A stretch of DNA of 63,234 bases, the filler included, from Octopus bimaculoides (lineage: Eukaryota): assembly GCF_001194135.2 (NCBI RefSeq). It is 4 parts of 3 records of this genome, joined end to end, with 100 filler letters (N's around TTAATTAATTAA, not from the genome) between each part and the next. Parts side by side here need not be neighbours in the genome. Positions count along the whole stretch, not along the records: positions 49,922 to 58,713 come from NC_068982.1; positions 58,814 to 63,234 come from NC_068982.1; 2 more parts are not named here. The stretch is one strand, 5' to 3'. A program made the position numbers and the translations under genes. Below are positions 52,370 through 63,234 of the stretch, one piece after another. The notes under the pieces are model-generated. The model saw only the letters and a list, made by a program, of their open reading frames with translations, did not search any database and was not told where the DNA came from. The stretch's first letter is position 1. The number at the start of each line of letters is the position of its first letter.

Positions 52370-52760
52370 CGTTTTCTTTACAGAGTTTTCTCCCCCATCC
52401 CTAGGTAGCTTGTCAGCCATTACTAAAAAGCATCTGTCCGTTTAAGGTGTCGATTATGCTGTGACAGATACCATCCTAGCATTTACCCCTGTGGTCAAAA
52501 CTAGACGAAGGTGCCTTATATGTTTTACTACAATCAATTCTCTGTTGTTTGTTTTTGCTGTATAGTCGCTGAGCCTTTTCTGGGTTTATCTGTCCATTGA
52601 CTTTTCACTGATGCTGGGTTTCTGGAAATTCTCTTGAGTGCCGGTTTAGTCATTCACGAATCGTCCGTGCGACAGTTTGTACAGAGTTACTTGTTATCAG
52701 TAGTACTCACAAACAATCTCATAATATATGATAGCTGCAACTCGGTTTCGTGATGTGGCT
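52370..52760 (-). mobile_element. Possible highly decayed Tc1-like transposase fragment
   Basis: SVQTVARTIRE*LNRHSR (cf. SV.TVRRRL.E.GL.SR), NPEKAQRL and WGRKLCKENV; many stops. Confidence 0.3.
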
Positions 52761-54489
52761 TTTCAGTTCTGCTAGAGGTTTACATTCTCTTGCTCAGAAT
52801 ATATATANNNNNNNNNNNNNNNNNNNNNNNNNNNNNNNNNNNNNNNNNNNNNNNNNNATATATATATATATATACATATATATGCGTAGATTTATGCATA
52901 TGAACATACAATCTTATATACATATGCACAAACATATATTATACACATAAATATGTACATACATACATGCATACATACATACATACATACATACATTCGA
53001 TACACTTCCACGCTGTTTCCATCCACTAGATGTTTACTGATTTTCTTTTTGAAGTCTTGTTTACGATAATGAAAATCTGAAGATGTTTGTTTATTCCTGT
53101 CTAAAAGTGTTAGACGGTTGTATTATTTGAAAATCGTATGTAAGTATTTAACTGGATTAAGACGCTGTAGATTCGCATTGTGTAAATGACAATGGGAGAG
53201 AGGGGCGGTACAGCAGACACCATTATTCAGTTATTCAATATGAAAGAAAAAATGGTGGTTAGGTAGAGATAATAACTACTATAGCGATGAACAGAAAATG
53301 GAGAGGAAGATGATTTAGTGATGATGATGATTTTCATTGAAATTTCATTGAAATTTCATGTTTATATTCTTATTAATAAAGTAGGTCTGCCGACATGATA
53401 ACATTTATGTTGAACAGATCTTTATAAATAGAATTCTCTGTAGCCAGCTCTCCAACAGAGTAAGTATTATGGCTCGTCGTCGGCTTTCATCCAAGCGATA
53501 TTTAAATGCTGTCTTTCAACAGTTTAGTAATTACTTTAATAAGTGGCTTAAGAAGTGCAAAACATCACAACAACAATGATATCTATTGCTGGCTAAAAAT
53601 ACATTTCATTAATTACTTCATATCTTTAGCATGCCGCTGTTTCTCCATCTCAGAACTTGTTTATTTATTTCTTACTGGAAAGTTGATTGCCAGAGTATTT
53701 AAGTGGCTGCTCTTACACTTACGTTATTATGTCCATACTGCTGGTCTGCAAATGGCTTCGAAATTTTTGATTGTTGGAAGAAATTCAATTATAAAACCGC
53801 AAAAATTGAATTAAAATTAGATGGGCAGAATAAATTTTATTACATAAGGGACGCTCTATTCGTAAATACATTTGTGAATGCAGCAGATGAGCTAATACAG
53901 CGCTAGATCATATTAATAAATTGAAATTTCATGATTGATTTTTGGAATCACGTAGCTCAGATTATTTAGCATCTAGCTTTGTCATATCTTAACAGCAAAC
54001 TGTAGCTAGTTAAATGATGTTTAAGAAGAGCACTACATTTATCTCCAATGATTGTAGATCTTTTCAAGAAAAACATTAATTGTGCCCGATGTGTAGTAGA
54101 ACAGTCCTCCACTTTATCGACAACTAAATTCCCTCAAATTAAACCCTGCCATCTTAAAAAGAAAGAATACATTAGACAATGCAGTCTTCGTAAACACGAA
54201 TACTATACAACCAGAGCCCCTTAAGTTACAACAAATGCTAAGCCAACTCAACACTGTGAACTCAGATCCTTAACATAGCAAGGACTGCATCTCCTAGGCC
54301 GGCCTTCCGCTTCAGAACCAGAAAGTACTTTATCTCACCAACACTTTACAATGCTCAATTGAGATCTACAATGATATACCGCTCATACATCTAGCACGGT
54401 GCTACTACTACACATACAGATGTAGAACACATCAAAAGAAAAGCCACCTGATAGATTGCTAACATGTATTTCATGCTGAAGACTAGTAC

Positions 54490-54522
<33 letters not shown>

Positions 54523-55123
54523 CAGGGCCGTCGTTAAGCCCCTGCAACCCCTACGGTAGCAAGGGGCCTCTGCAGTTGAGGGACTCCATGTTGAGATCAA
54601 AGTACATAGATGAGTCATCTATTTACTTAGGTTAAGATGTTGAACAAGAATTAAACTATGTTAACTGAAAATTTCAAGAAATAAAATAGTATTACACTGT
54701 ACCTGCAAAAGTTTTGTAAAAAAATATTACATCGTACCGCGAACGTGTACCAGACTTTGTGGATTGTCTATGATATCAATTGAACACGAACTTAGCTCTC
54801 AGCTTGATTATTCTGAATTGATCGATGATTTCAAGGAGCGAAAAGTGCGCCGTGTTTGTTTTTGAAAGTTGCCTGGATTATAAAATTGCTTTTTTATTCA
54901 TATCTGGAAGTTTTGCTTATTGGAATTTGTAATAGACCTAAATGAATTCAACTTGTACTTTTAAAGATGTTCTTTAGGATAACGTGAAATACTGAACTTC
55001 AAATAGAATAAAATAAAGTATAGCTATGAATAAAAGGTGCGTAGATAATGAATTTTGATTGAAGGGGTGGGGCCTCGAAACAAAAAGTTGCAGGGGCCTT
55101 CTAAAAGTCACGCGACGGAGCTG
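54523..55123 (+). mobile_element. Internally deleted hAT element inserted in an (AGT)n microsatellite
   Basis: Termini CAGGGCCGTCG / CGACGGAGCTG and 8-bp flanks AGTAGTAG on both sides. Internal peptide RLCGLSMISIEHELSSQLDYSELIDDFKERKVRR* (about 54752-54865) matches the hAT C-terminal dimerisation region. Confidence 0.85.
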
Positions 55124-55202
55124 AGTAGTAGTAGTAGCATCTTGGTAATGGTAACAAAAGTAATATCTATTTTTAATTAGTTTATACTATTGATTACTTC
55201 CA

Positions 55203-55420
55203 AAAGGTGGCGATCTGGCAGAATCATTACCGCGTCTGACACAAGGCTTAGTAACATTTCCTCCGGCTCTTTACGTACTGAGTTCAAATTCCACCGAGAT
55301 CGACCGTACTTTTCATCCTTTCGATGTCGACAAAATAAGTACCAGTTGAGTAAGGAGGTGAATATAATCGACTTCCACCACTCACCTCGGAATTGCAACC
55401 CTTGTGCAAAAATTTGAAAG
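55203..55420 (+). mobile_element. SINE family A
   Basis: GGTGGCGATCTGGCAGAATC...GAGTTCAAATTCCACCGAG...AAAATAAGTACCAGTTGAG. Confidence 0.88.
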
Positions 55421-55525
55421 GATTACTATTTAGTTATTATTTCCTTTACTGATAATTCTGATATTACTGCAAAAGCGCAAAAACATTTTCATGGATACTA
55501 AAAGAAATTGTGGTTGTTGTTTCAG

Positions 55526-55548
55526 AGCTCCATGCCAGTCACGATGAT
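55526..55548 (+). CDS. Putative 23-nt microexon, (E)LHASHDD
   Basis: TGTTGTTTCAG acceptor and GTAAGC donor. Splicing to 56084 gives a continuous open frame. Confidence 0.4.
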
Positions 55549-55574
55549 GTAAGCCTAAGTTTAAGTACGTTACA

Positions 55575-55710
55575 TTTACTACGACACTGTCTTGTATATC
55601 TTGGACTACATTATCTAATGTAGTCTACAACACTATCTTGTATATCTTGGATTACATTACTACGACACTATCTTGTATAATATTGTATATCTTGGACTAC
55701 ATTATCTAAT
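55575..55710. repeat. Short minisatellite (ACTACGACACTATCTTGTATATCTTGGACTACATT) x about 3
   Basis: Directly visible. Confidence 0.85.
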
Positions 55711-55985
55711 GTGTCTTTTTGTTACCGTGACGGACGAAATACTCAGCGGTATGTCTTCTGGTTTTACGTCCTGAGTTCAAATTCCGCCGAGCTTGACTTG
55801 CCTTTCACCTTTTCGGGGTCGATAAGATAAATATCAGTCAAGTACTTAATGTCTCTTTTGTTACCGTGACGGACAAAATACTTAGTAGTATTTCTTTCGG
55901 TTTTACAGACTGAGTTCAAATACCGCCGAGATCGATCTTACCTTTCACCCTTTCGGGGTCGAGAAAATAAATACCAATCAAGTAG
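55707..55985 (+). mobile_element. Tandem duplication (140-bp period) of a headless family A SINE body
   Basis: TAATGT.TCTTTT.GTTACCGTGACGGAC starts at 55707 and 55847, each followed by GAGTTCAAAT.CCGCCGAG...TTTCGGGGTCGA. Confidence 0.85.
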
Positions 55986-56083
55986 AGGGGGTTGATGAAA
56001 TCGGCGCCCCTCCTCCTGAAATTGTTGGTCTTTTGTTTATAACAGAAATGATTATTTAACGTCTCTTTTCCTTTATTTTTAAG

Positions 56084-56201
56084 TCAGTTGAGCACGTTTT
56101 ACATGAGAATCGGTTGCTTTTCCAAGCCGAACGAGCAGCCCACGCAGTTCTGCAGAAAGTACTCGCTTCTCTAATGTCGAGTCCCTCATCCCCCACAAAC
56201 A
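56084..56201 (+). CDS. Putative internal coding exon: SVEHVLHENRLLFQAERAAHAVLQKVLASLMSSPSSPTN
   Basis: Strong pyrimidine tract (TCTCTTTTCCTTTATTTTTAAG), GTAATT donor at 56202 (weaker alternative GTACTC at 56159), unique GC-richer sequence and a protein-like frame. No homology confirmation. Confidence 0.5.
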
Positions 56202-56782
56202 GTAATTATTTAAAAAAAAACCACGATGACCCATTCACTTTAACAACGAACTGGATTACACTAAAAACTGTTACTGAGAACATGAATAGAAACGGCTCAC
56301 ACGAACAAGAGGGAAAAATTATTCCTGAATAATTATTTGAAAACTGAGAGAATATAAACATACGCAGTGGACGTATTTATGACCGACACTCGCTAAATCT
56401 CTTTATTCTATAAACACAGTGTGAGGTGAAATTGTGACGACGCATAGAATCTCATAGTCAGGTTAACATTTCCCAAATTGACTGGAGATAAATCAGCGTA
56501 AGAGTGAAGCAGAAACAATATGGGTAAATTAATTTCCGTTTGGTGCAAGTGTTATTGGGTACAAATAACTACATTTGACACAACTACATTTGGACCACTA
56601 AATGTAGTTGTGAGCTAAGACGTGAGATTAGTTCCTTCTAAAATGCTCGCTCACTTATAACGCCCTCATAAACAATTGTAACCACAATTCTCAAAGCATT
56701 TAAATGGTTCGTACACACACACACACACACACACACAGAGAAATATATGTGTGCGTATGTGAGAATATTTTTGAGACTTGTA

Positions 56783-56879
<97 letters not shown>

Positions 56880-57626
56880 ATACNNNNNNNNNNNNNNNNN
56901 NNNNNNNNNNNNNNNNNNNNNNNNNNNNNNNNNNNNNNNNNNNNNNNNNNNNNNNNNNNNNNNNNNNNNNNNNNNNNNNNNNNNNNNNNNNNNNNNNNNN
57001 NNNNNNNNNNNNNNNNNNNNNNNNNNNNNNNNNNNNNNNNNNNNNNNNNNNNNNNNNNNNNNNNNNNNNNNNNNNNNNNNNNNNNNNNNNNNNNNNNNNN
57101 NNNNNNNNNNNNNNNNNNNNNNNNNNNNNNNNNNNNNNNNNNNNNNNNNNNNNNNNNNNNNNNNNNNNNNNNNNNNNNNNNNNNNNNNNNNNNNNNNNNN
57201 NNNNNNNNNNNNNNNNNNNNNNNNNNNNNNNNNNNNNNNNNNNNNNNNNNNNNNNNNNNNNNNNNNNNNNNNNNNNNNNNNNNNNNNNNNNNNNNNNNNN
57301 NNNNNNNNNNNNNNNNNNNNNNNNNNNNNNNNNNNNNNNNNNNNNNNNNNNNNNNNNNNNNNNNNNNNNNNNNNNNNNNNNNNNNNNNNNNNNNNNNNNN
57401 NNNNNNNNNNNNNNNNNNNNNNNNNNNNNNNNNNNNNNNNNNNNNNNNNNNNNNNNNNNNNNNNNNNNNNNNNNNNNNNNNNNNNNNNNNNNNNNNNNNN
57501 NNNNNNNNNNNNNNNNNNNNNNNNNNNNNNNNNNNNNNNNNNNNNNNNNNNNNNNNNNNNNNNNNNNNNNNNNNNNNNNNNNNNNNNNNNNNNNNNNNNN
57601 NNNNNNNNNNNTATTTAAATCAAGCA

Positions 57627-58003
57627 ATGGCCCAGTGGTTAGGGCAGCGGACTCGCGGTCAAAGGATAGCGATTTCGATTCCCAGACCGGGCGTTATGAG
57701 TGTTTATTGAGCGAAAACACCTAAAACTCCACGAGGCCCCGGCAGGGGATGGTGGCGAACCCTGTTGTACTCTACCACCACAACTTTCTCTCACTCTTAC
57801 TTCCTGTTTCTGTTGTACCTGTAATTCAAAGGATCAGCCTGGTCATACTGTGTCACGCTGAATATCCCCGAGAACCACGTTAAGGGTACACGTGTCTGTG
57901 GAGTGCTCTGCCACCTGCACGTTAATTTCACGAGCAGGCTGTTCCGTTAATCGGATCAACTGGAACCCTCGACGTCGTAAGCGACGGAGTGCCAACAACA
58001 ACA
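57627..58003 (+). mobile_element. SINE family C, near full length, young, with 14-bp TSD
   Basis: TGGCCCAGTGGTTAGG A-box, TTTCGATTCCC B-box and (CAA)n tail. Perfect TSD ATTTAAATCAAGCA at 57613-57626 and 58004-58017. Confidence 0.96.
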
Positions 58004-58659
58004 ATTTAAATCAAGCACAAACCAGAAGTCCATTATAATGGTTAAACTAATTTGCTTACCATGCGTCCGTCAGTGACGTAATTAACAAATTAGAAAATAT
58101 TTTGCTTACTGCACAGCGTGTATAAGAAGTATAAGGAGTATAAAATAAAATTGGAGTATTTAGATTTTTTAAAAACATTTTTCTTTATTTCCTTTATTTT
58201 TCTAAAGTTCCAAAGCGAAGTCTTACAAAATAGGTGTAAATTACTGCAGATTTATAATAGGTTTCTATTACATGCTATGTTGCGCATAAATATTTATTAC
58301 TTATTTAATCAGGCACCCAGTAAACGCTTGGTATGCACATTAGTCTAGGTATTGCACGGCTGAAAAATAAGTGGGGAGTTTGTATTCAGATGAATGGAGA
58401 GTGAACTATGAAACATTTCAAGACAGTGTACGAAACTGAGAAGAAGGAGAATTTACAACTGTTTTAAGTTTCACTGCATGGGTGTTTGTTAGGAAAATAT
58501 TTAGCATAAATAGAAAGCTTAGTACTAATTTAGGATCTAGTAGTGGCTTGAAATATTATATATCTCTAATAGCTGAATATGTTGATTACTTATACAAACT
58601 TCAGGTTGAGACTTTCCAGATATGAAACTACAATAGTCCGCGTGTGCGCATTCACAGCA

Positions 58660-58713
<54 letters not shown>

Positions 58714-58839
58714 NNNNNNNNNNNNNNNNNNNNNNNNNNNNNNNNNNNNNNNNNNNNTTAATTAATTAANNNNNNNNNNNNNNNNNNNNNNNNNNNNNNN
58801 NNNNNNNNNNNNNAGAGAGAGAGAGAGAGAAAGAGAGAG

Positions 58840-59443
58840 ATGGAGACTAAAATTAAGGAGAATGAATGAGTCGTTTGAATTGACTCCAGTACATATGTGC
58901 TAGCTAAACTTATTTACCTTGAGAGAATGAATAATGATGTTGATATCAGTGGAATTTGAATTCAGTCGTAAAGAGGAAGGACTAATACGTAATGCATTTT
59001 TTCTAACTCTTTTAGGGTTTCTGTTGTAAACATATTGACACAATGTCTGAAATATGGAGGAGGGCTTTAATAGACATCACTGACTTCCGTACTTGCATAG
59101 TACTTTATTTTATCTCTGTCGGAGGGATGATCAGTAAAGCTGATTTCGGTTGCTTTGTGCTCAGAACGTATAGAGTCACAACAAACGTCATGATCGAAAA
59201 TTTAATGATTCTGTTCAATTAAAAGCTTCAAATTTTGGCAGAAATGCCAAAACAGTTTTAAGGAGAGCGGTTTAGTCGATTACACAGACCAAACTGTTCA
59301 GATGGTACATTATTTTATTGATCCTCAAATAATGAAAAGTGAAGTTGATCTAGGTGGCATTTGAACTCAGGACGTATAGAAATAGAAGAAATAGCGCCAA
59401 GTAATTTGTACGTCGTGCTAACGAGTTTACAAGCTCGCCGCCC
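58840..59443 (-). mobile_element. Cluster of about three tandem family A SINEs
   Basis: B-box-containing segments TTTGAATTCAG, GTGCTCAGAACGT and TTTGAACTCAGGACGT recur; the last copy ends GCTCGCCGCC. Confidence 0.7.
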
Positions 59444-60229
59444 TTTTCCGTTGTAATTCTGTACTTCTACTCAGAAAAAAAAAACTGCTGCTATTGTTGG
59501 TTATGAGTAAGGTAGATTTGATCGAGCATACCTATGATCTGAAGTATTTTTGGCGTGCACTAGCATCGTTTCAGATTAATACTCCTCAAACTGAAAGCTC
59601 GTAAAATATATCTGGATAGGTTGTGGAGTGCGAAAATATTTAATTTAAGACATTTTAAAATCCATACAAATGGTTGATCGTTTTGAAAACTGCAATTCAT
59701 AATTTTATTTGCAGGCAAGTACATTTAATAAAACAAGGTGAGCAAATAATTTTTTTTTTTTAATATTTGTAATTAATAACATTAGCACAATTGTTTTTAA
59801 AGTCACCAACTTACGACGCAATGTGTGCCAGTAATAACTTCATTTAATATTCGGAGTGTGCTACAAGTAAAAAAAAAAAAAAAAAGCAAACAAAATGAGA
59901 AAACTGTCACACTGTTTCAGCACTATCTTGGACTACTTTTAAGGTAATGTGTTCTATTTTTATGGGGTAATGTGTAGTATAAGTTGAAGGAGATTTGGCT
60001 AGTCTTTCCAACAGATTTAGGTACTGTGTAAAAGCTCTTACAGTAAGTGAGAAAAAATATTTAAGAAAACATAATCTTGAGACTATGATAAGGTATGAAT
60101 GAAATAACATCTGACATTAAATAACTCCCACTTTCTCATTATACATGCACGCTAGTGTTGATTTTACTTGTAAAGAAATTCATGCAATATATTCTAGTTC
60201 AGTTAAACTGACTATCCATTTCTCCACCA

Positions 60230-61055
60230 TAAATCTTTGGACAGATTTCAAAATGTTCAGTATTCGAAGATTGCATTATTTAGTTGTGTCTTTTCAAGTT
60301 CTCTGTTCGAATCCTGTTAAGTTCTGTTTTGACTTTCATTTTCCAGGAGTCGACAAAATAATCTAGCTGTCAAGTACTGGAGATATTAGATAATGAGCTA
60401 TTAAGGCGGTGAGCTGGTAGAATAGTTAGTACACTGGGTAAAATACTCAACAGTATTTTGTTCCTCTTCACGTTCTGAGTTCAAATTCCGAATTTGTCTC
60501 TCATTCTTTCGGGTTCGATAACATAAGTACCAGTTGAGTACTGGGTTGATATAACTGACTTGTGTCATTCCTCGAAAATGCTGACCTTGTGCCAAAATTT
60601 GTAACCAATATAATCAGCTGTTCTTCCCCAATGAATGAGAGCCTTTATTCATATGTCACATTTCTGTCTGGCGTTAGCATGCCGGGCAAAATGCTTAGCG
60701 GCATTTCGTCCGTCTTTACGTTCTGACTTCAAATTAGGCTGAGGTCGACCTTGTTATTCATCCTCTCGGGGATCACTATAATAAGTATCAGTTGAGCATC
60801 GACTTATCCACGTCTTTGAAATTGATGGTCTTGTGCCAAAATTTGAGACAAATATTAAAGCAATTCAAAGCGGATGGCTGGCAGAATCATTTCCCCGCCA
60901 GACAAAATGCTTAGCAGCATTTCTTCCGGACTTATGTCCTGAGTTCAACTTGGCTTTCTTTCGGGGTCGATAAAATAAGTACCAGCTGCAAATTGAAGTC
61001 GATGTAATCGAGTCACCCCTCCCAACAAATTTCAGGCATTTTGCCTATAGCAAAA
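60230..61055 (+). mobile_element. Cluster of about four tandem family A SINEs
   Basis: Copies start near 60230, 60403, 60670 and 60867, with AAAATGCTTAGC, GAGTTCAA, GGTCGATAA.ATAAGTACCAG and CTTGTGCCAAAATTTG motifs. Confidence 0.85.
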
Positions 61056-62829
61056 ACAAAAAAATATTTACCAGGTAAATGAAATGACGGAAGACAGAGT
61101 GCCCAATATGGAGAAAGACTTTCCTGTCTTGACAACGTCCACCGAGACCTATGTACTATTTTTAGCAGGTCAAGCTTTATAATTAGTCTGCGATTTACAG
61201 CAAAGTAAATGGATATCCGTCGGTTTCGACGATGAAGATTCCTTTGTTTGATCATTGATTTAGTGTGCAAGTGGATGAGTACTCCACAGCCAAATGCATC
61301 ATTAGCGCAATTTTCAGACAGAATCAATAAGGTACTGTGTATACAAGTCTGTTTATTTGAATTGGAAGTACAATCCTTCTCGAGAGATTCCATTCAGTTT
61401 CCGTCTAGCAAGTTTCACTTGCAATCTCACACACAAGCTTGGACCAATCCAAGGCAGCGGAAAAAGACATTGTGCATGAAATTATGTAATGAAATGGAGC
61501 TCGGTACCTCGTAATCGCGAAGGAAATTTTTTAAACATTTCGCCTGGCTGCATCCACAGCATGAGACCGTCTTTAATTATAATTATGGCCATTTAAGTTC
61601 TGAGTTCAAATCTTACCGAAATAGCTTGCTTTTATGTTTTAGTCCGAAATAATTACCAATAGTGAACCAAGCAATAAATTCAATCTAATTCAACCAACGC
61701 TTCCACCTTCTCTATACATGTATGAAGTTATTCCAAAAAAGCAAAATCGATATTTTCAGATATTTTTATGATAATATCGTGTAATTATCACAGAAATTAA
61801 TCCCGGCAAATTCATCACGTACTGATAGAAAAGTGAAACACACTAATTACAATATTTCCCGAAATAGAATTCTTCAGTTTTATAAATAATTAATACTACA
61901 ATAAAATTTCCATTTCCTTTGCTATGAAATCCACAGATTAAATGAAATCCAATCTAATCTTTCTGAATTTTTAAAATTCATTTATCTTGTCTTCATCTCA
62001 TTGACATTCATACACACGTTTGTATACATATACACACAATTATACGCTTGTATACAGACACACAATATATACATAACTGCATACACAAACAGTAATAGAC
62101 TCACCCATTAACCACGCATTCAAGACTTAGATAGGCACATAATCACATGTAGGTCACATTGTTACACATACATATTTCTACATACACTGACTCACACATA
62201 CGCAGACACGCGCACACATGAACATTCAAGTTAATCTCATACACACACCGTTCCATACACAAACGAACACTGTCACATGCACACTGCCACATCCTCTCCA
62301 ATACACAGCTCTCACAATTAGATAAAGACGAATGCCCCATAGTAAAGAAGTTTACCACGCGTTCACTAGATTTTATGTTCGATCTTGCTGTCCGCTGTCA
62401 TGTACTAAATACAAATTTCTAACATTGCTTCAGTTTGCTTGAAACCTCGTGAATGAAACTAAGTTGACCCAAACAATGTATGGGTTTCTTGGATGAACAT
62501 TATTTGTTCTTGAACTGTTGTTAAGTTCAATACCATATCTGTACATCCTCGAACAAGAGTTCGAGGATGCCACTGGGTCTTAGAGTCCAGTGAAGATATC
62601 TGCTATGGCTTGCTATCAATGATTAGCTATTGGCTCTAAAGTATTGATTTACCAAGGGGCTTATAATGCTGTTCAGACGCTTTTGTCTTCGGAGTCTTTA
62701 AATAATTTGGTCCAGGCTTCCAGTCTTAGACATATAAACACAAGGGTGAGTGCGAGCACGCAAGTACGCACACACACACGTATGTGTGAGTATGTGTGCA
62801 AATATGTATGTGTGTCTTCTACTTTAGCT

Positions 62830-62890
62830 TCGGACCGACCCTAGGCTCGTCAATGCATATGGTAGACGGAAACTGAAAGAAGCCCGTTCC
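62830..62890 (+). mobile_element. SINE family B middle fragment
   Basis: GGTAGACGGAAACTGAAAGAAGCCCGT. Confidence 0.7.
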
Positions 62891-62895
62891 GTTGT

Positions 62896-63234
62896 GAGGC
62901 CCAAATATTCTCCAGTTTCACTGGTCCTACTCCCGAACTATACGGTCGGTATATCGACGACTGTATCGGTGCCACCTCACTCTCCCGCGAACATCTTGAC
63001 TCGTTCCTCTCTTTCGTTCAATCTTTCCATCCTGCCCTCCACTTCTCCTGTACTATCTCTGACACCTCTGTCCCCTTTCTCGACATTTCGGTCAGCATCC
63101 TCCACTCCGCCCTTAGCACCTCCATCCACTACAAACACACAGACTCACACTCCTATCTCAACTTCTCCTCCTCCCACCCTAGACACACAAAACTTTCCAT
63201 CCCCTATTCCTCCGTCTACGCAGACTTTGTAGCG
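62896..63234 (+). mobile_element. Penelope-like element reverse transcriptase fragment, truncated by the window end
   Basis: Frame from 62896: EAQIFSSFTGPTPELYGRYIDDCIG...FHPALHFSCTISDTSVPFLDISV...TSIHYKHTDSHSYLNFSSSHPRHTKLSIPY. It contains the YIDD catalytic motif and the PLE thumb motif (YK.TD...YL...S.HP). An apparent 7-nt deletion at about 63208 shifts FLRLRRLCS out of frame. Confidence 0.93.

Noticed and set aside
52384-52404. 21-nt microexon candidate EFSPPSL, phase-compatible with 55526
   Set aside because: It falls inside a possible antisense Tc1 remnant and has a mediocre donor; such short matches arise by chance.
57627-57700. tRNA genes (also 51341-51423 and 6690-6765)
   Set aside because: A and B boxes are present, but there is no acceptor stem or cloverleaf, and the 57627 and 51341 heads run into SINE body sequence.
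61264-61331. Exon candidate CKWMSTPQPNASLAQFSDRINK, phase-compatible with 56201
   Set aside because: Poor pyrimidine tract and moderate donor, with no independent support.

Overview
Eukaryotic, AT-rich, microsatellite-dense draft-assembly sequence with many N gaps. The SINE repertoire looks like that of Octopus/coleoid cephalopods (inferred from recalled repeat sequences, not from a search). No complete gene, rRNA, bona fide tRNA or CRISPR array is supported, and nearly all ORF-track entries are microsatellite, gap or antisense artefacts. The window is dominated by transposon debris: about 25-30 tRNA-derived SINE copies of at least three families, three Penelope-like element (PLE) remnants, two tandem R4/Dong-type LINE 3' ends, two mariner fossils, a probable ISL2EU/Harbinger-like fossil, two hAT elements with 8-bp TSDs, a MITE and several minisatellites. 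A few short plus-strand segments with good splice signals (39549-39631, 55526-55548, 56084-56201) may be exons of an unidentified gene with large introns. The most interesting observations are: a minimal hammerhead ribozyme motif (49423-49468, minus); a 415-bp local templated duplication fused to a truncated SINE (12838-13410); a SINE-derived array of about 13 GAAA-tetraloop hairpins (37608-38190); two unrelated perfect 15-bp hairpins inside a decayed transposase; and a frame-symmetric microexon/exon pair bracketed by inverted SINEs.
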